A DNA stretch of 24,814 nucleotides from a virus (taxonomy: Duplodnaviria > Caudoviricetes). Shown in pieces: positions 16,826 to 24,814 of the stretch; the stretch's first letter is position 1; every line of letters starts with the position of its first letter. A model generated the notes under the pieces. The model was not told the origin of the DNA and did no database searches. It saw nothing but the letters and a program-made list of their open reading frames with translations. The translations under genes and the position numbers were made by a program. The DNA is taken from the IMG/VR virus record IMGVR_UViG_3300023197_000085, positions 1 through 24,814 of that record, one strand, 5' to 3'.

Positions 16826-18055
16826 TCAGCTTTCCGCGTCGCGCCCCCGGATCGGGTGTCCCTGGCGCAGATTGTCCAGGTCCTTCGGCCGGCGGATGTT
16901 GAACGTCAGGCCGGTCCAGGTTCCCTCCATGCCCTCGGCGACGACCATCAGCGGCCGGTCCTTGTCCGGCATGTCGAATTTCTTGATGTAGCGCTTGCGC
17001 AGCCCGACCTTGCCCGTCCGCTCATTCTGGACGAACTGCGCCCAGATCTCGTAGGGCTCGCGCACGATCTCCGGCAGCAGCGGGAAGTAGGTCTCCCGGC
17101 CGTCCAGGCGTTTCGGATCGGCCGCGATGTGATCCGCCATCGCCTGGCTGACCAGAAGCGTCTGCCCGGCCGGGTCCGTGAGCAGGACCTCGTCGCCGCC
17201 CACGGCCGTGCGCAGGCGCTCGCGCATCGCCGCCATCGAATCGGCGCGCGGCGCCAGGTCCGCCTTGGGCGTGTCGGCGGGCACCTCGGCGGGCCGGCCG
17301 AGGTCCGCCGCTGTCTTGCCACCCATGGCACGCCAGCCGCCGCCCTTGGCGGTGGCGATGGCCTGACGCGCGACCGGGCGGCCGTGCGCCGCCTCGCCAA
17401 CGTTGTAGGCCCAGCCCGGATCGACGCCCTTGGGCACCGCCACCTGGGTGCCGTCGCCCAGGCGCGCGGTGCGCGTCTCGATTGCCGGCGAATCGTCCGG
17501 GCCCGACTTGCCCCGCCGTTCCAGGCCGCGCTGGGAGAGCGCGCGCACGAAGCACGAGCAGCCCCAGCCGTTGGGCGGATAGTGCGTGTCCCAGAACGCG
17601 GCGTCGTGGCGCAGGACGAGGCCGTCCCAGCCCAGGTGTTTCGGCCGCGGGTTTTCCGAATCCCCGTGGGCGTATTCCCAGAACGGCCGGCGCTTGAGCA
17701 CGCGCTCGTCCGTCATCTGCCGGTAGCGTCCCGCCTGATACGCGGTGCGCATGTTGGTCCGATAGATCGTGCGCGTGCGCCAGCCGCGCGAGCCCTTGTA
17801 GCTCCAGCCGTGATCCGCGACGATGCGGTCGAAGTCCGCCTGGAAGTCCTTGAGCGTGCGCCCCTCGCTGATCGCCCGGTCGATCGCCGTGCGGAAGTCG
17901 GCCAGCAGCGCCTCGCTCTGCGCGCCGGCGACGGTGAAGGCCCGCGTGTGCGCGCCCTGCCAGATGTCCGTCCAGCGCTTGGACGGGACATTGAGCTTTT
18001 GACGGAAGTGATCGATCGCCTCCTGGAAGGGCTGCGATCCGCCGGTCTCAGGCAT
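16826..18055 (-). CDS. MuF (gp30) minor head protein with C-terminal PBECR2-like nuclease-fold extension
   Basis: AHTRAFTVAGA...RTNMRTAYQAGR...PRPKHLGWDG...WDTHYPPNGWGCSC...DPGWAYNVG, then DHI...GRETYFPLLPEIVREPYEIW...LRKRYIKKF...WTGLTF...LRQG. Confidence 0.88.
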   Translation of the reverse strand: MPETGGSQPFQEAIDHFRQKLNVPSKRWTDIWQGAHTRAFTVAGAQSEALLADFRTAIDRAISEGRTLKDFQADFDRIVADHGWSYKGSRGWRTRTIYRTNMRTAYQAGRYRQMTDERVLKRRPFWEYAHGDSENPRPKHLGWDGLVLRHDAAFWDTHYPPNGWGCSCFVRALSQRGLERRGKSGPDDSPAIETRTARLGDGTQVAVPKGVDPGWAYNVGEAAHGRPVARQAIATAKGGGWRAMGGKTAADLGRPAEVPADTPKADLAPRADSMAAMRERLRTAVGGDEVLLTDPAGQTLLVSQAMADHIAADPKRLDGRETYFPLLPEIVREPYEIWAQFVQNERTGKVGLRKRYIKKFDMPDKDRPLMVVAEGMEGTWTGLTFNIRRPKDLDNLRQGHPIRGRDAES

Positions 18056-19592
18056 CCTCGGCGCCTTCCGCCTCCACCTCGTCCATGCCCGTCAGCTCGG
18101 CCGCGGCCATGGCGCGCTGCATCACGTCCGCCAGCGCGTCCACGTCCATGTCGCCGTAAGCGGCCAGCAGGTTTTCGCGCAGCTCCTCGAGGGAGGACGC
18201 GTCGTTCACGAGCGTGCGCACGCGATCGATCATGCCGTCGGTGATGTCGCCGGCGACGTCGCCGAGCTGGTCGGCCAGGTCGGCGTCCGCCCGGTCGCCC
18301 TCGGCGAAGGCCGGCGGCGGCCGGCGCGCGCCCGCGCCACCGGACCCGACCGCCCCGCCGGACGCGGCCGCCGGTGTGCGCTCCAGCTCGATGCCCATCA
18401 GCTCGTCCAGGGTCTCCTGGTGGCGCGGCCGGTAGCCGATCCGGTCCAAGAGCTGGAGCCATTCCGCGTTCGCCTTGCGCAGCTTCGCCGTGGCGTCCTC
18501 GTCGCTGGGCTGCCGGCGCCAGACGCTTGGCGGATTCGCCGCGGGCATGTTGAAGGCGACCAGCCAGCTCACGAGCGTCTCCCGGAGCGTGGCGCTGACC
18601 AGGTCCGCGTCGGCGTCGATCACCTCCTCCTTGATGTCCTGGTGGACCTCGGCCGCCGCGCGCGAGCCGCCGCCGCGCAGGTTCGTGCTCAGGGTCTCGC
18701 CCAGCACGCACTCCGAGATCTGTTCGTCCAGGTAGCGCAGGGCGTTCTCGTAGCTGTCACCGCCCGCGCGCGTCGCCTCCAAGAAATCGACCTCGGTGCC
18801 GGTGGGCACGGTGATGCCCGTGGCCTGGGCGATCGAGGTGACGCTGGCCAGCAGCTTGTCCTGTTCCTCTTTCGCCATGCCCGGCGGGTACTTGCCGATG
18901 GCCGTCGGGCTGGCGAACTTCTCCAGGTGCACCAGCCACTGCGCCTGGATCTGGCGCTTGAAGAACACCAGCCAGAACAGCCGCGTGCCGAGGCCGAGGC
19001 CGTAGGGGTCGCCGGTCTTGTCGCCGAAGCGGTGGACGATGAACTTGCGCGCCGGCAGCCGCTCGCCGGCGACCATGTTCTCCCAGGTGATCAGCCGCGG
19101 GTGGTGCTCGGCGTCGAACCGGAAGCGGCTCTGGTCGCGCGGCTTGACCGCGCCGACGCCGATGCGCCCCTCCCGGATCGCCCAGATGATTTCCACGACC
19201 GCGTAGCCCTTGAGCGTCGCGTCCAGCAGATGCTGGGTCAGGCCGTCGAAATCGATCCGGCTCAGCTCGTCGCGCACCAGCTCGGCCGCCGCCTCGTCCC
19301 GGCGATCCTCGCTCGCCGGCTCGACCGTCCACTCGCGCGAGATCAGGGCGAGCTTGCGCTTCATCAGCACGGCGTAGGCGTGCGGATCCCGCTCCACCTC
19401 GTCGTAGATGGCCACGCCCTGGTGGCCGCCGCGCTGCGCCAGCGTGGCGTCCTGGGGCGAAAGCGTGCCCGCGTACAGGCCCCGCGTCGGGTCCCGCCGC
19501 TCGGACGCGATCTCGCGCCGGTGCTCGGCCGTCAGCGCCGGCTGCCGCTCGGTCCGCCCGCGCCCGCCGCGCCGTCCGCGCCTGCGCGCCAT
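18048..19592 (-). CDS. Portal protein (DUF935 / Mu gp29)
   Basis: YDEVERDPH...KRKLAL...LLDATLKGYAVVEIIW...PYGLGL...LEKFASP...VLGETLST...SRAAAEVH. Confidence 0.94.
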   Translation of the reverse strand: MARRRGRRGGRGRTERQPALTAEHRREIASERRDPTRGLYAGTLSPQDATLAQRGGHQGVAIYDEVERDPHAYAVLMKRKLALISREWTVEPASEDRRDEAAAELVRDELSRIDFDGLTQHLLDATLKGYAVVEIIWAIREGRIGVGAVKPRDQSRFRFDAEHHPRLITWENMVAGERLPARKFIVHRFGDKTGDPYGLGLGTRLFWLVFFKRQIQAQWLVHLEKFASPTAIGKYPPGMAKEEQDKLLASVTSIAQATGITVPTGTEVDFLEATRAGGDSYENALRYLDEQISECVLGETLSTNLRGGGSRAAAEVHQDIKEEVIDADADLVSATLRETLVSWLVAFNMPAANPPSVWRRQPSDEDATAKLRKANAEWLQLLDRIGYRPRHQETLDELMGIELERTPAAASGGAVGSGGAGARRPPPAFAEGDRADADLADQLGDVAGDITDGMIDRVRTLVNDASSLEELRENLLAAYGDMDVDALADVMQRAMAAAELTGMDEVEAEGAEDA

Positions 19593-19593
19593 G

Positions 19594-21321
19594 TCAGCCT
19601 CCCATCAGGTAATCGTCGAAGCCCCGGCCCATGCCGATGCCGGCGCCGCCGAACGCGGCGCCGGGGCCGGCGCCGCGCGCGCCGCCCATGCGGATGTCCG
19701 CCGGCGTGCCGTGCTCGACCGCGCCCTTCCACAGGATTTCCAGGGCGTCCGGGCCGTCGTCGTGATCGGCCTTGGGCCAGTGCCGGAGCTGGGCGATCAG
19801 CGTGGCCTGGCTCTGGTGGACCCGGATCGCGCCGTCGGCCACGTAGGGCTGCAGCGCCGCGATGCGCAGATCCTTGTCATTGTGCGGCTGGACCGGCATG
19901 CACGGCAGCGACACGCCTTCCTGGACGGCCCGGTTCATCGCCGTCGTGCGAAAGAACTCCTGGAACTGAACCGCCTCGACGAACCAGATCGCGATGTCCG
20001 GATATTGGCGCTGGTACGCGATCATGTCGGCGATGATCTTGTCCGGCACGCGCCGCGAGATGCTGGCCTCCACCACGTCCAGGCGCGGCCGCGCGCCCTG
20101 CCGGTCGAGCCCGCCCACCAGGATCGCCGACGGGTCGCGGCCCTTGCCCGCGCGGCCCAGGCTGGGATCGACCGCCCCGAACAGGACCCGGTTCGGATTG
20201 GGCTGCGCCCAGTAGGTCAGGTGGCGGAACGGCGCGTCCTCGTCGTTCAGCGGATCGTTCTGGAGCTCCGCGTCGAACGCGCCGTGGCCGTTGCGCGCGC
20301 GCTCTTTCATCAGCGCCACCAGCGGCCGCTTGTCCGGCCAGGACACCTCGGCGCCGGCGTCCATCGCCCGCCGGTTGCGCTTGTGGAAGCGATCGGCCGC
20401 CGTCTCGCCGTCGTTGAGCAGGATCTCCTCCCACTGCTCCCACAGATCCATGCGGTCGGGCCAGCGGGCGATCGCCTGGAACACGACCGAGTCCCACAGG
20501 GGATTGGCGATCGTGCGCGACAGGACGGAGTCGTAGTGCAGGATCGTGCCGGTGTAGACGATGTCCAGCTTCTCGCCGGCCTCGCCCAGGTGCTCGACGG
20601 CGCGCTGGCGCCAGCGGTGGAGCTTGTCGCGCTGCTCCGGCGAGCGGACGTTCTCGTCGTTCTCGATGTCGTCGAGCACGACCAGGTCCGGCCGGCGGGC
20701 GCCGTGCTTGAGCCCGCGCAGCCGCTGCCCGGCGCCGCGCGCGTGGATCTTGCGCTGATTCCGGGTGACGCTCTCGCCCTCGCGCCAGACGCCGCCCCGG
20801 CCCGTGGCATCGGGAAAGTCCATGGCGAGCCGGGCGTTGAATTCCAGTTCCGCCTTGATCTGCTCCACCTGCACGGCCGCCTGCTCGTAGGCGTCCATGA
20901 TCACCACGGCGTAGTGCTTGCGCGCGTGGACGAGGCACCACACCACGAAGATCAGGCTGACGTAGGTTGACTTGCTTTCCCCGCGCGGCGCGGCGATCAC
21001 CTGGTGGATCGAGCGCGGGCTGGCCACGATCGCCGGCAGGTTGTCATGGAGCCATTGGTGGAACCGGCTCGGCCGCACCCGGCGCGTTTTCCCGCTGTTC
21101 GGGTCCGTCGATGTGCGGATGTAGTGCGGGAAATAGGTCTCGGCGAAATACCGGAAGTCCCGGGCCGCGCGCTCGCGGCGTTTGCGGCGCGCGTCCGGGT
21201 CGGGCGCGAAGGCGTCGACCTGGGCCTCGATGGTCTGCCGGAACTCGCTCGCCAGCTCCGCCAGGCGCCGGCGGAACTGGCGCACCGTCAGGTGGTCGAG
21301 ATCCTCCGGGTCGACGCCCAT
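19594..21321 (-). CDS. Terminase large subunit
   Basis: Walker A-like APRGESKST, Walker B RPDLVVLDDIE, GTILHYDS, nuclease motifs AVDPS and HDDGPDA. Confidence 0.95.
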   Translation of the reverse strand: MGVDPEDLDHLTVRQFRRRLAELASEFRQTIEAQVDAFAPDPDARRKRRERAARDFRYFAETYFPHYIRTSTDPNSGKTRRVRPSRFHQWLHDNLPAIVASPRSIHQVIAAPRGESKSTYVSLIFVVWCLVHARKHYAVVIMDAYEQAAVQVEQIKAELEFNARLAMDFPDATGRGGVWREGESVTRNQRKIHARGAGQRLRGLKHGARRPDLVVLDDIENDENVRSPEQRDKLHRWRQRAVEHLGEAGEKLDIVYTGTILHYDSVLSRTIANPLWDSVVFQAIARWPDRMDLWEQWEEILLNDGETAADRFHKRNRRAMDAGAEVSWPDKRPLVALMKERARNGHGAFDAELQNDPLNDEDAPFRHLTYWAQPNPNRVLFGAVDPSLGRAGKGRDPSAILVGGLDRQGARPRLDVVEASISRRVPDKIIADMIAYQRQYPDIAIWFVEAVQFQEFFRTTAMNRAVQEGVSLPCMPVQPHNDKDLRIAALQPYVADGAIRVHQSQATLIAQLRHWPKADHDDGPDALEILWKGAVEHGTPADIRMGGARGAGPGAAFGGAGIGMGRGFDDYLMGG

Positions 21322-21322
21322 G

Positions 21323-21829
21323 TCACTCCCCGTAGACCTTGGCGATGCGCCGGCCGAACGGCTCCAGGATCTCCAGGAAGGCGTCGCCGTGCTGGGGATA
21401 CTTTTCCGCGACGAACTGGCTCAGCCGGTTGATCACGTCCGTCGCCACGGCCAGCCGGGACATCTTGGGCGAGACCTTCTCGGCCGACGACATTGTCTTG
21501 GTGAACGCGTCGGCCAGCATCGACAGGTGCTTGACCTTCTCCGCCGCCGGCAGGCTCGGGTCTTCCTTGACCTGGTCGACGACGGACGCGTGAAGCTGGA
21601 CGTAATCCGCCACGAGCTGCGTGAGCACGCTCTCCGTGGACGTGTCGGTGAGCGCGCTGACCTGGCGCGCCTGGTCCCAGTCGTCGCCCTGTTGCGCCGC
21701 CTGGCGCTTCCACTGGCGCACCGTGGACTGGGCGACGTCCACGCGCTCGGCGACCGTGGTGATGGGCTGGCGCTGCTGAACGTAAAGCTGGCGCGCGGCG
21801 GCGCGCTTCTCCGGGCCGTGCGCCATCAC
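21323..21829 (-). CDS. DUF1804 family protein, probable terminase small subunit
   Basis: N-terminal HTH (ARQLYV...TVRQWKR...GDDWDQAR); C-terminal FLEILEPFG; directly upstream of the large subunit. Confidence 0.88.
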   Translation of the reverse strand: MMAHGPEKRAAARQLYVQQRQPITTVAERVDVAQSTVRQWKRQAAQQGDDWDQARQVSALTDTSTESVLTQLVADYVQLHASVVDQVKEDPSLPAAEKVKHLSMLADAFTKTMSSAEKVSPKMSRLAVATDVINRLSQFVAEKYPQHGDAFLEILEPFGRRIAKVYGE

Positions 21830-22050
21830 GATCCGAGCTTGGCGCGCAGGACTGCTTGACCGACGGCGACCGCGCCCGCGACGATGCTGCCGGCCGTGGC
21901 CCCCGTCACCGCGCTGCGGCGCTCGACCGCGCGCAGGCGATCGTCCATGCCGTTGATGGTCTCGCTCATCCGGTCCTGGTTGTCGGACACTTGGTGGAGC
22001 TTCTCCTCCATGCGCCCCAACTGGCGCGAGAGATCGTCGATTTCACTCAT
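21826..22050 (-). CDS. Small coiled-coil protein with C-terminal hydrophobic anchor
   Basis: 74 aa LGRMEEKL...MDDRLRAVERRSAVTGATAGSIVAGAVAVG; coupled on both sides. Confidence 0.8.
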   Translation of the reverse strand: MSEIDDLSRQLGRMEEKLHQVSDNQDRMSETINGMDDRLRAVERRSAVTGATAGSIVAGAVAVGQAVLRAKLGS

Positions 22051-22312
22051 CCCCGCCTCCGGCCGCGCGGATCTCCTCGCGCATGTGCCCGTAATCGATG
22101 ATCATGCGTTTCATGGCCGAGCAGTCGCCCCGCGGCTGGATGCGATCGCACGGCCGTCGATCGTCGCCCGCCATCTCCCCGGCCGCGCGCGCCTGGAACG
22201 CGTCGGAATACTCGGGCGGGTCCGGACGGACGTTAGAAGGAACCCTCGCGCAGGCGCTCAGTAACAGAGCGCTCGCTATCAGCGGGCACATCCTGAATCC
22301 GGTCACGCGCAT
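22043..22312 (-). CDS. Putative o-spanin lipoprotein (Rz1-like)
   Basis: Lipobox LLLSAC, Pro-rich segment and Cys pair; overlaps the 3' end of the upstream TM gene; start could be MCPL (22291). Confidence 0.65.
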   Translation of the reverse strand: MRVTGFRMCPLIASALLLSACARVPSNVRPDPPEYSDAFQARAAGEMAGDDRRPCDRIQPRGDCSAMKRMIIDYGHMREEIRAAGGGDE

Positions 22313-22442
22313 CGCTCGCCGCCTCGCGCTGCTCGTTTCGCTGCCGGCTCCGCCCGAGCCGGCCGCGGGTGCGGCCGTAGAGCCAAACCACCAGGCCCAG
22401 CGCCGCCACCGCGCCCACGCCGATGCCGATCTTCGTCAGCAC
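22233..22442 (-). CDS. Putative i-spanin-like protein (Rz-like)
   Basis: N-terminal TM then a short charged helix ending ERLREGSF; overlapping lipoprotein partner. Confidence 0.6.
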   Translation of the reverse strand: MLTKIGIGVGAVAALGLVVWLYGRTRGRLGRSRQRNEQREAASDARDRIQDVPADSERSVTERLREGSF

Positions 22443-22446
22443 GACG

Positions 22447-22677
22447 TCACGCGCCCGACTTGATCTTGTCCTTGGCCATCAGGCGGCCGATCAACGCGAA
22501 CAGGCCACCGCCGGCGCCGACCAGGGTCGTGATGTGCTTGACCGCTTGGTCCTGGGCGTCCGGACCGACGTCGATGCCCATCGCGCCCGCGCCGGCGGCG
22601 AGCACGGTGATGACACCGCCCCAGACCCCCTTGCTCTTCCACCAGGGCTTGCCGCCCTCGTTCAGTGGCTCGCTCAT
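22447..22677 (-). CDS. Putative holin
   Basis: 76 aa, KPWWKSKGVWG then two TM helices and a basic C-terminus (GRLMAKDKIK); GGGAGG RBS; first gene after the late promoter motif. Confidence 0.65.
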   Translation of the reverse strand: MSEPLNEGGKPWWKSKGVWGGVITVLAAGAGAMGIDVGPDAQDQAVKHITTLVGAGGGLFALIGRLMAKDKIKSGA

Positions 22678-22770
22678 GGAAATCCTCCCGCGTTTGGTGT
22701 CCGGCCGTTCGTCGCGCGAACGTCACCGTTGCGCGGGCGCCAGGGTGGGCGCGTGCGCGCTTCGCGAGAG

Positions 22771-22785
22771 CCGAAAGGATTTTCG
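22771..22785 (-). promoter_or_regulatory. Putative late-activator binding site (P_lys equivalent)
   Basis: CCGAAAGGATTTTCG palindrome between the activator gene and the lysis cassette. Confidence 0.65.
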
Positions 22786-22819
22786 CCGGGACGCGATCAG
22801 CCGGGACGCGATCAGCCGG
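22785..22819. repeat. 15-bp tandem duplication GCCGGGACGCGATCA x2 plus partial third
   Basis: Exact copies at 22785-22799 and 22800-22814, spanning the activator stop codon. Confidence 0.9.
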
Positions 22820-23174
22820 TCCGGCGGAACAGGTCGACCTGCCGGTCGTCGCGGTCTTCCTTGAGGATCTGGCGCACCCGCACGTCCGTCACGCCGACCT
22901 TGTCCGCGATCGCCGGCGCGGAATAACCCTGGCCGCTGAGGCGGAGCACGCGTTCCTTGCGCATGGCGGGGATCTCGATGTGGCCACGGCCGAGAGCCTG
23001 GCAGATCCACCGGGCCCGTTCCATGCCGAAGCGTTCCACGAGCGGATGGCCCTGGTCCGGCGCGATCGGGATGTAGCGCCGCGTGCCGCCCCAGAGATCG
23101 ACCAGCTCCCAGGCCGTGTCCTCGCCCAGCAGCTCGGCCAGATCATGGAAGCTCCGCGGACGGCGCTCAGGCAT
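22812..23174 (-). CDS. Mor/C family transcriptional activator (late gene activator)
   Basis: 120 aa from MPERRP (23174): LAELLGEDTAWELVDLWGGTRRYIP...IEIP...GYSAPAIADKVGVTDVRVRQIL (C-terminal HTH); GGAGG RBS. Confidence 0.88.
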   Translation of the reverse strand: MPERRPRSFHDLAELLGEDTAWELVDLWGGTRRYIPIAPDQGHPLVERFGMERARWICQALGRGHIEIPAMRKERVLRLSGQGYSAPAIADKVGVTDVRVRQILKEDRDDRQVDLFRRTG

Positions 23175-23767
23175 TAGGCCGCCCTCCAGAGGCAGGGTTG
23201 ACGATCGTTCGGGATACGGAGGCGGCCGCGCGCCATCGGATGGAGGGGGTCGCCTGACTGACTCGTGCCGAGGCAATACAGGCTTTCACCGGCACCGACA
23301 CGGCTCGGCCGACGAAAGGCGTCGATGATCCCGTTTTCTAGCCATGTCTCGTCGATACGACGTGCTTGCGCGCCGAACGCAACAATCCTCAGGGATGCGT
23401 ATCGCGCAGCGTATTCGACCCAATCCGCGTTGTTGTATGCAGCGTTACGAATATACGCTTCGAATTGCCCTTTCCCGCACCAGGCACGAAGGTTCGCCGG
23501 CTTGCTCGACCGATACGGATAAACATTGACGACGACCGCGCCCGCATAGCCCCATCGATAGCTAAAACCGATCACGCGGCGGAGGGTCGGGTCGTCGTGT
23601 TCGGCGTCGGCCGTGCTCGGGTTCAACATTAACCAAGCGACGATCGGACCGTCGGACCACCAGCGACGGAGTTCCCAACGATATTGACCGTCCGGTGAGA
23701 TCTTGGCCGAGCCCTCCCAATGGTCGGGCAGCAATTGATCGGCCGTGGCGTTGAAGAGATCAGGCAT
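23174..23767 (-). CDS. DUF1643 domain protein
   Basis: ISPDGQYRWELRRWW...WLMLNPSTADAEHDDPTLRR...WGY...VNVY...G..PLHP; AT-richer codons than neighbours. Confidence 0.9.
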   Translation of the reverse strand: MPDLFNATADQLLPDHWEGSAKISPDGQYRWELRRWWSDGPIVAWLMLNPSTADAEHDDPTLRRVIGFSYRWGYAGAVVVNVYPYRSSKPANLRAWCGKGQFEAYIRNAAYNNADWVEYAARYASLRIVAFGAQARRIDETWLENGIIDAFRRPSRVGAGESLYCLGTSQSGDPLHPMARGRLRIPNDRQPCLWRAA

Positions 23768-24443
23768 TCTGCGCCTCGCGGATCAGCGCGCCCAGGGCCT
23801 GGATCGCGGCGTCGTGCGCCTGGTCGGAGGTCTCGGCGATGCCGTGGATGTTCGCGGTGGCCGCGGCGATGCGGTCGGGCGGGACGCCGAGGGCCTTGGC
23901 GCGCTCGACCTGCGCCTCGATGACGCGCCGGCGCGGCCGGTGCATCTTCCCGTGCGGAAACGTGTAGGGTTCCCAGCAGACGCCCGCGTCGCGGGACGCC
24001 CAGTCCTTGAGCGCCTCGACGACCTTTTGCGCGTCCGCGTCCTTGATCCACTGGATGGCGGAGAGACCAGTCTGGGAGCCGCCCGTGACCCGCTTGGCGA
24101 ATTCCACCAGCGCGCGCTCACTCGGGTCCCGCACCACGCCCAGGTGGTGGAGCGACAACCAGAGCGCGCGCATCTTGCGCGCCTCCGGATGGTCGGCCTG
24201 GGTGCGGCCCTTGCCGGTCGGTCCGCGCGCGTTGCGCGGCGCGCTCTCCTGGAAGCCCTTGGATTTGAAGTGCTCGATCAGATCCGCGAGCTGCCCGACG
24301 TCGAGCTGCGACCGGCTGGCCACGCCGTAGCGCTCGCGCAGGATCGCGCGCAGGTCCTCGTCCGCGAGCCCGAGCTGCTTGACCGCGATCGCGGCCTTGC
24401 CTAGGAGCCCGTTGCGGCGGTTCTTCCGCTGTGCCTCGGCCAT
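23760..24443 (-). CDS. gemA: Mu gp16/GemA-like (DUF1018) regulatory protein
   Basis: 227 aa from MAEAQR (24443): AVKQLGLADEDLRAIL...SRSQL...HFKSKGF...KMRALWLSL...ALVEFAKR...VVEALKDW. Confidence 0.88.
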   Translation of the reverse strand: MAEAQRKNRRNGLLGKAAIAVKQLGLADEDLRAILRERYGVASRSQLDVGQLADLIEHFKSKGFQESAPRNARGPTGKGRTQADHPEARKMRALWLSLHHLGVVRDPSERALVEFAKRVTGGSQTGLSAIQWIKDADAQKVVEALKDWASRDAGVCWEPYTFPHGKMHRPRRRVIEAQVERAKALGVPPDRIAAATANIHGIAETSDQAHDAAIQALGALIREAQNA

Positions 24444-24447
24444 GGCG

Positions 24448-24660
24448 TCAGTCCTTGTGTTGCCGGCTGCGCACGTCGTCGGGCGCATCGTCCTCGGCCT
24501 CGGCGGCCGCCACGGCCTCGCGCGTCTGGACATGCCGGAGGGCATCGAGGGATTTGCGCAGCGCCCGGCGGCGCACCGGATCGCGGACATCGCCGACCGC
24601 GTTCGCGGCCGCCAGCGCCACGCCCTCGAGCGCCTCGCGTTCCGTCATCGGCCGGGTCAT
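24448..24660 (-). CDS. Small hypothetical protein
   Basis: 70-aa helical ORF with GGGAGG RBS and ATGA overlap with the upstream gene. Confidence 0.65.
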   Translation of the reverse strand: MTRPMTEREALEGVALAAANAVGDVRDPVRRRALRKSLDALRHVQTREAVAAAEAEDDAPDDVRSRQHKD

Positions 24661-24812
24661 CGCGACAGGTCCTCCCAGCTACTGTCCGCCGCGCCGGCGG
24701 CGCGCACCGGCTCGCCGCGCGTGACGTTGCCGCTTTGCACATGCGCCTCGACCTGCGCCTGGAGATCGTCGCGCCGCTCCGGCATGCGCTCGCCCGACGG
24801 CAGCCGCCGGAC
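24657..24812 (-). CDS. 3' end of a hypothetical protein entering from the right edge
   Basis: Hand translation ...VRRLPSGERMPERRDDLQAQVEAHVQSGNVTRGEPVRAAGAADSSWEDLSR*; stop overlaps the next ATG. Confidence 0.5.
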   Translation of the reverse strand, partial: VRRLPSGERMPERRDDLQAQVEAHVQSGNVTRGEPVRAAGAADSSWEDLSR

Positions 24813-24814
24813 GC

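Larger units (their letters stand above)
1..24814 (-). mobile_element. Mu-like myovirus prophage, late/structural region (both ends outside window)
   Basis: Gene order gemA-mor/C-lysis-terS-terL-DUF935-F-G-I-capsid-gp36-gp37-sheath-tube-chaperone-tape measure-baseplate. Confidence 0.93.

Noticed and set aside
16682-16826. Spacer as a tRNA or intrinsic terminator
   Set aside because: No T-loop/D-loop consensus or cloverleaf, and no U-tract after the stems; kept only as a candidate structured RNA.
59-24742. Many long plus-strand ORFs (e.g. 2312-4183, 13474-15102, 18420-20036, 19408-20970)
   Set aside because: Antisense to well-supported phage genes, Arg/Gly/Ala-rich and motif-free; expected from stop-codon scarcity at high GC.

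Overview
A very GC-rich window lying entirely inside a Mu-like (transposable-type) myovirus prophage, with nearly all genes on the minus strand. Read right to left: end of the early/middle region (GemA/gp16-like gene, DUF1643 gene, Mor/C-type late activator); a lysis cassette (holin-like and two spanin-like genes, no visible endolysin); packaging and head genes (DUF1804 small terminase, large terminase, DUF935 portal, MuF with a C-terminal PBECR2-like nuclease extension, G, I protease/scaffold, capsid cement, major capsid, gp36, gp37); and a contractile tail (sheath, tube, frameshifting chaperone, tape measure, GpU, GpX, GpD, GpV, PAAR, Ig-like protein, GpW, baseplate J running off the left end). 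Accessory features: a moron between G and I; a 690-bp cassette bounded by 85-bp direct repeats that duplicate the chaperone start; a small antisense membrane-protein gene before the tape measure gene; an AT-rich patch and a Pro/Ala repeat array inside the tape measure gene; a multi-hairpin spacer after the MuF-nuclease gene; and three copies of a CGAAA-N4-TTT(C/A)G palindrome marking probable late promoters. Family calls come from motif recognition and synteny only; no searches were run.
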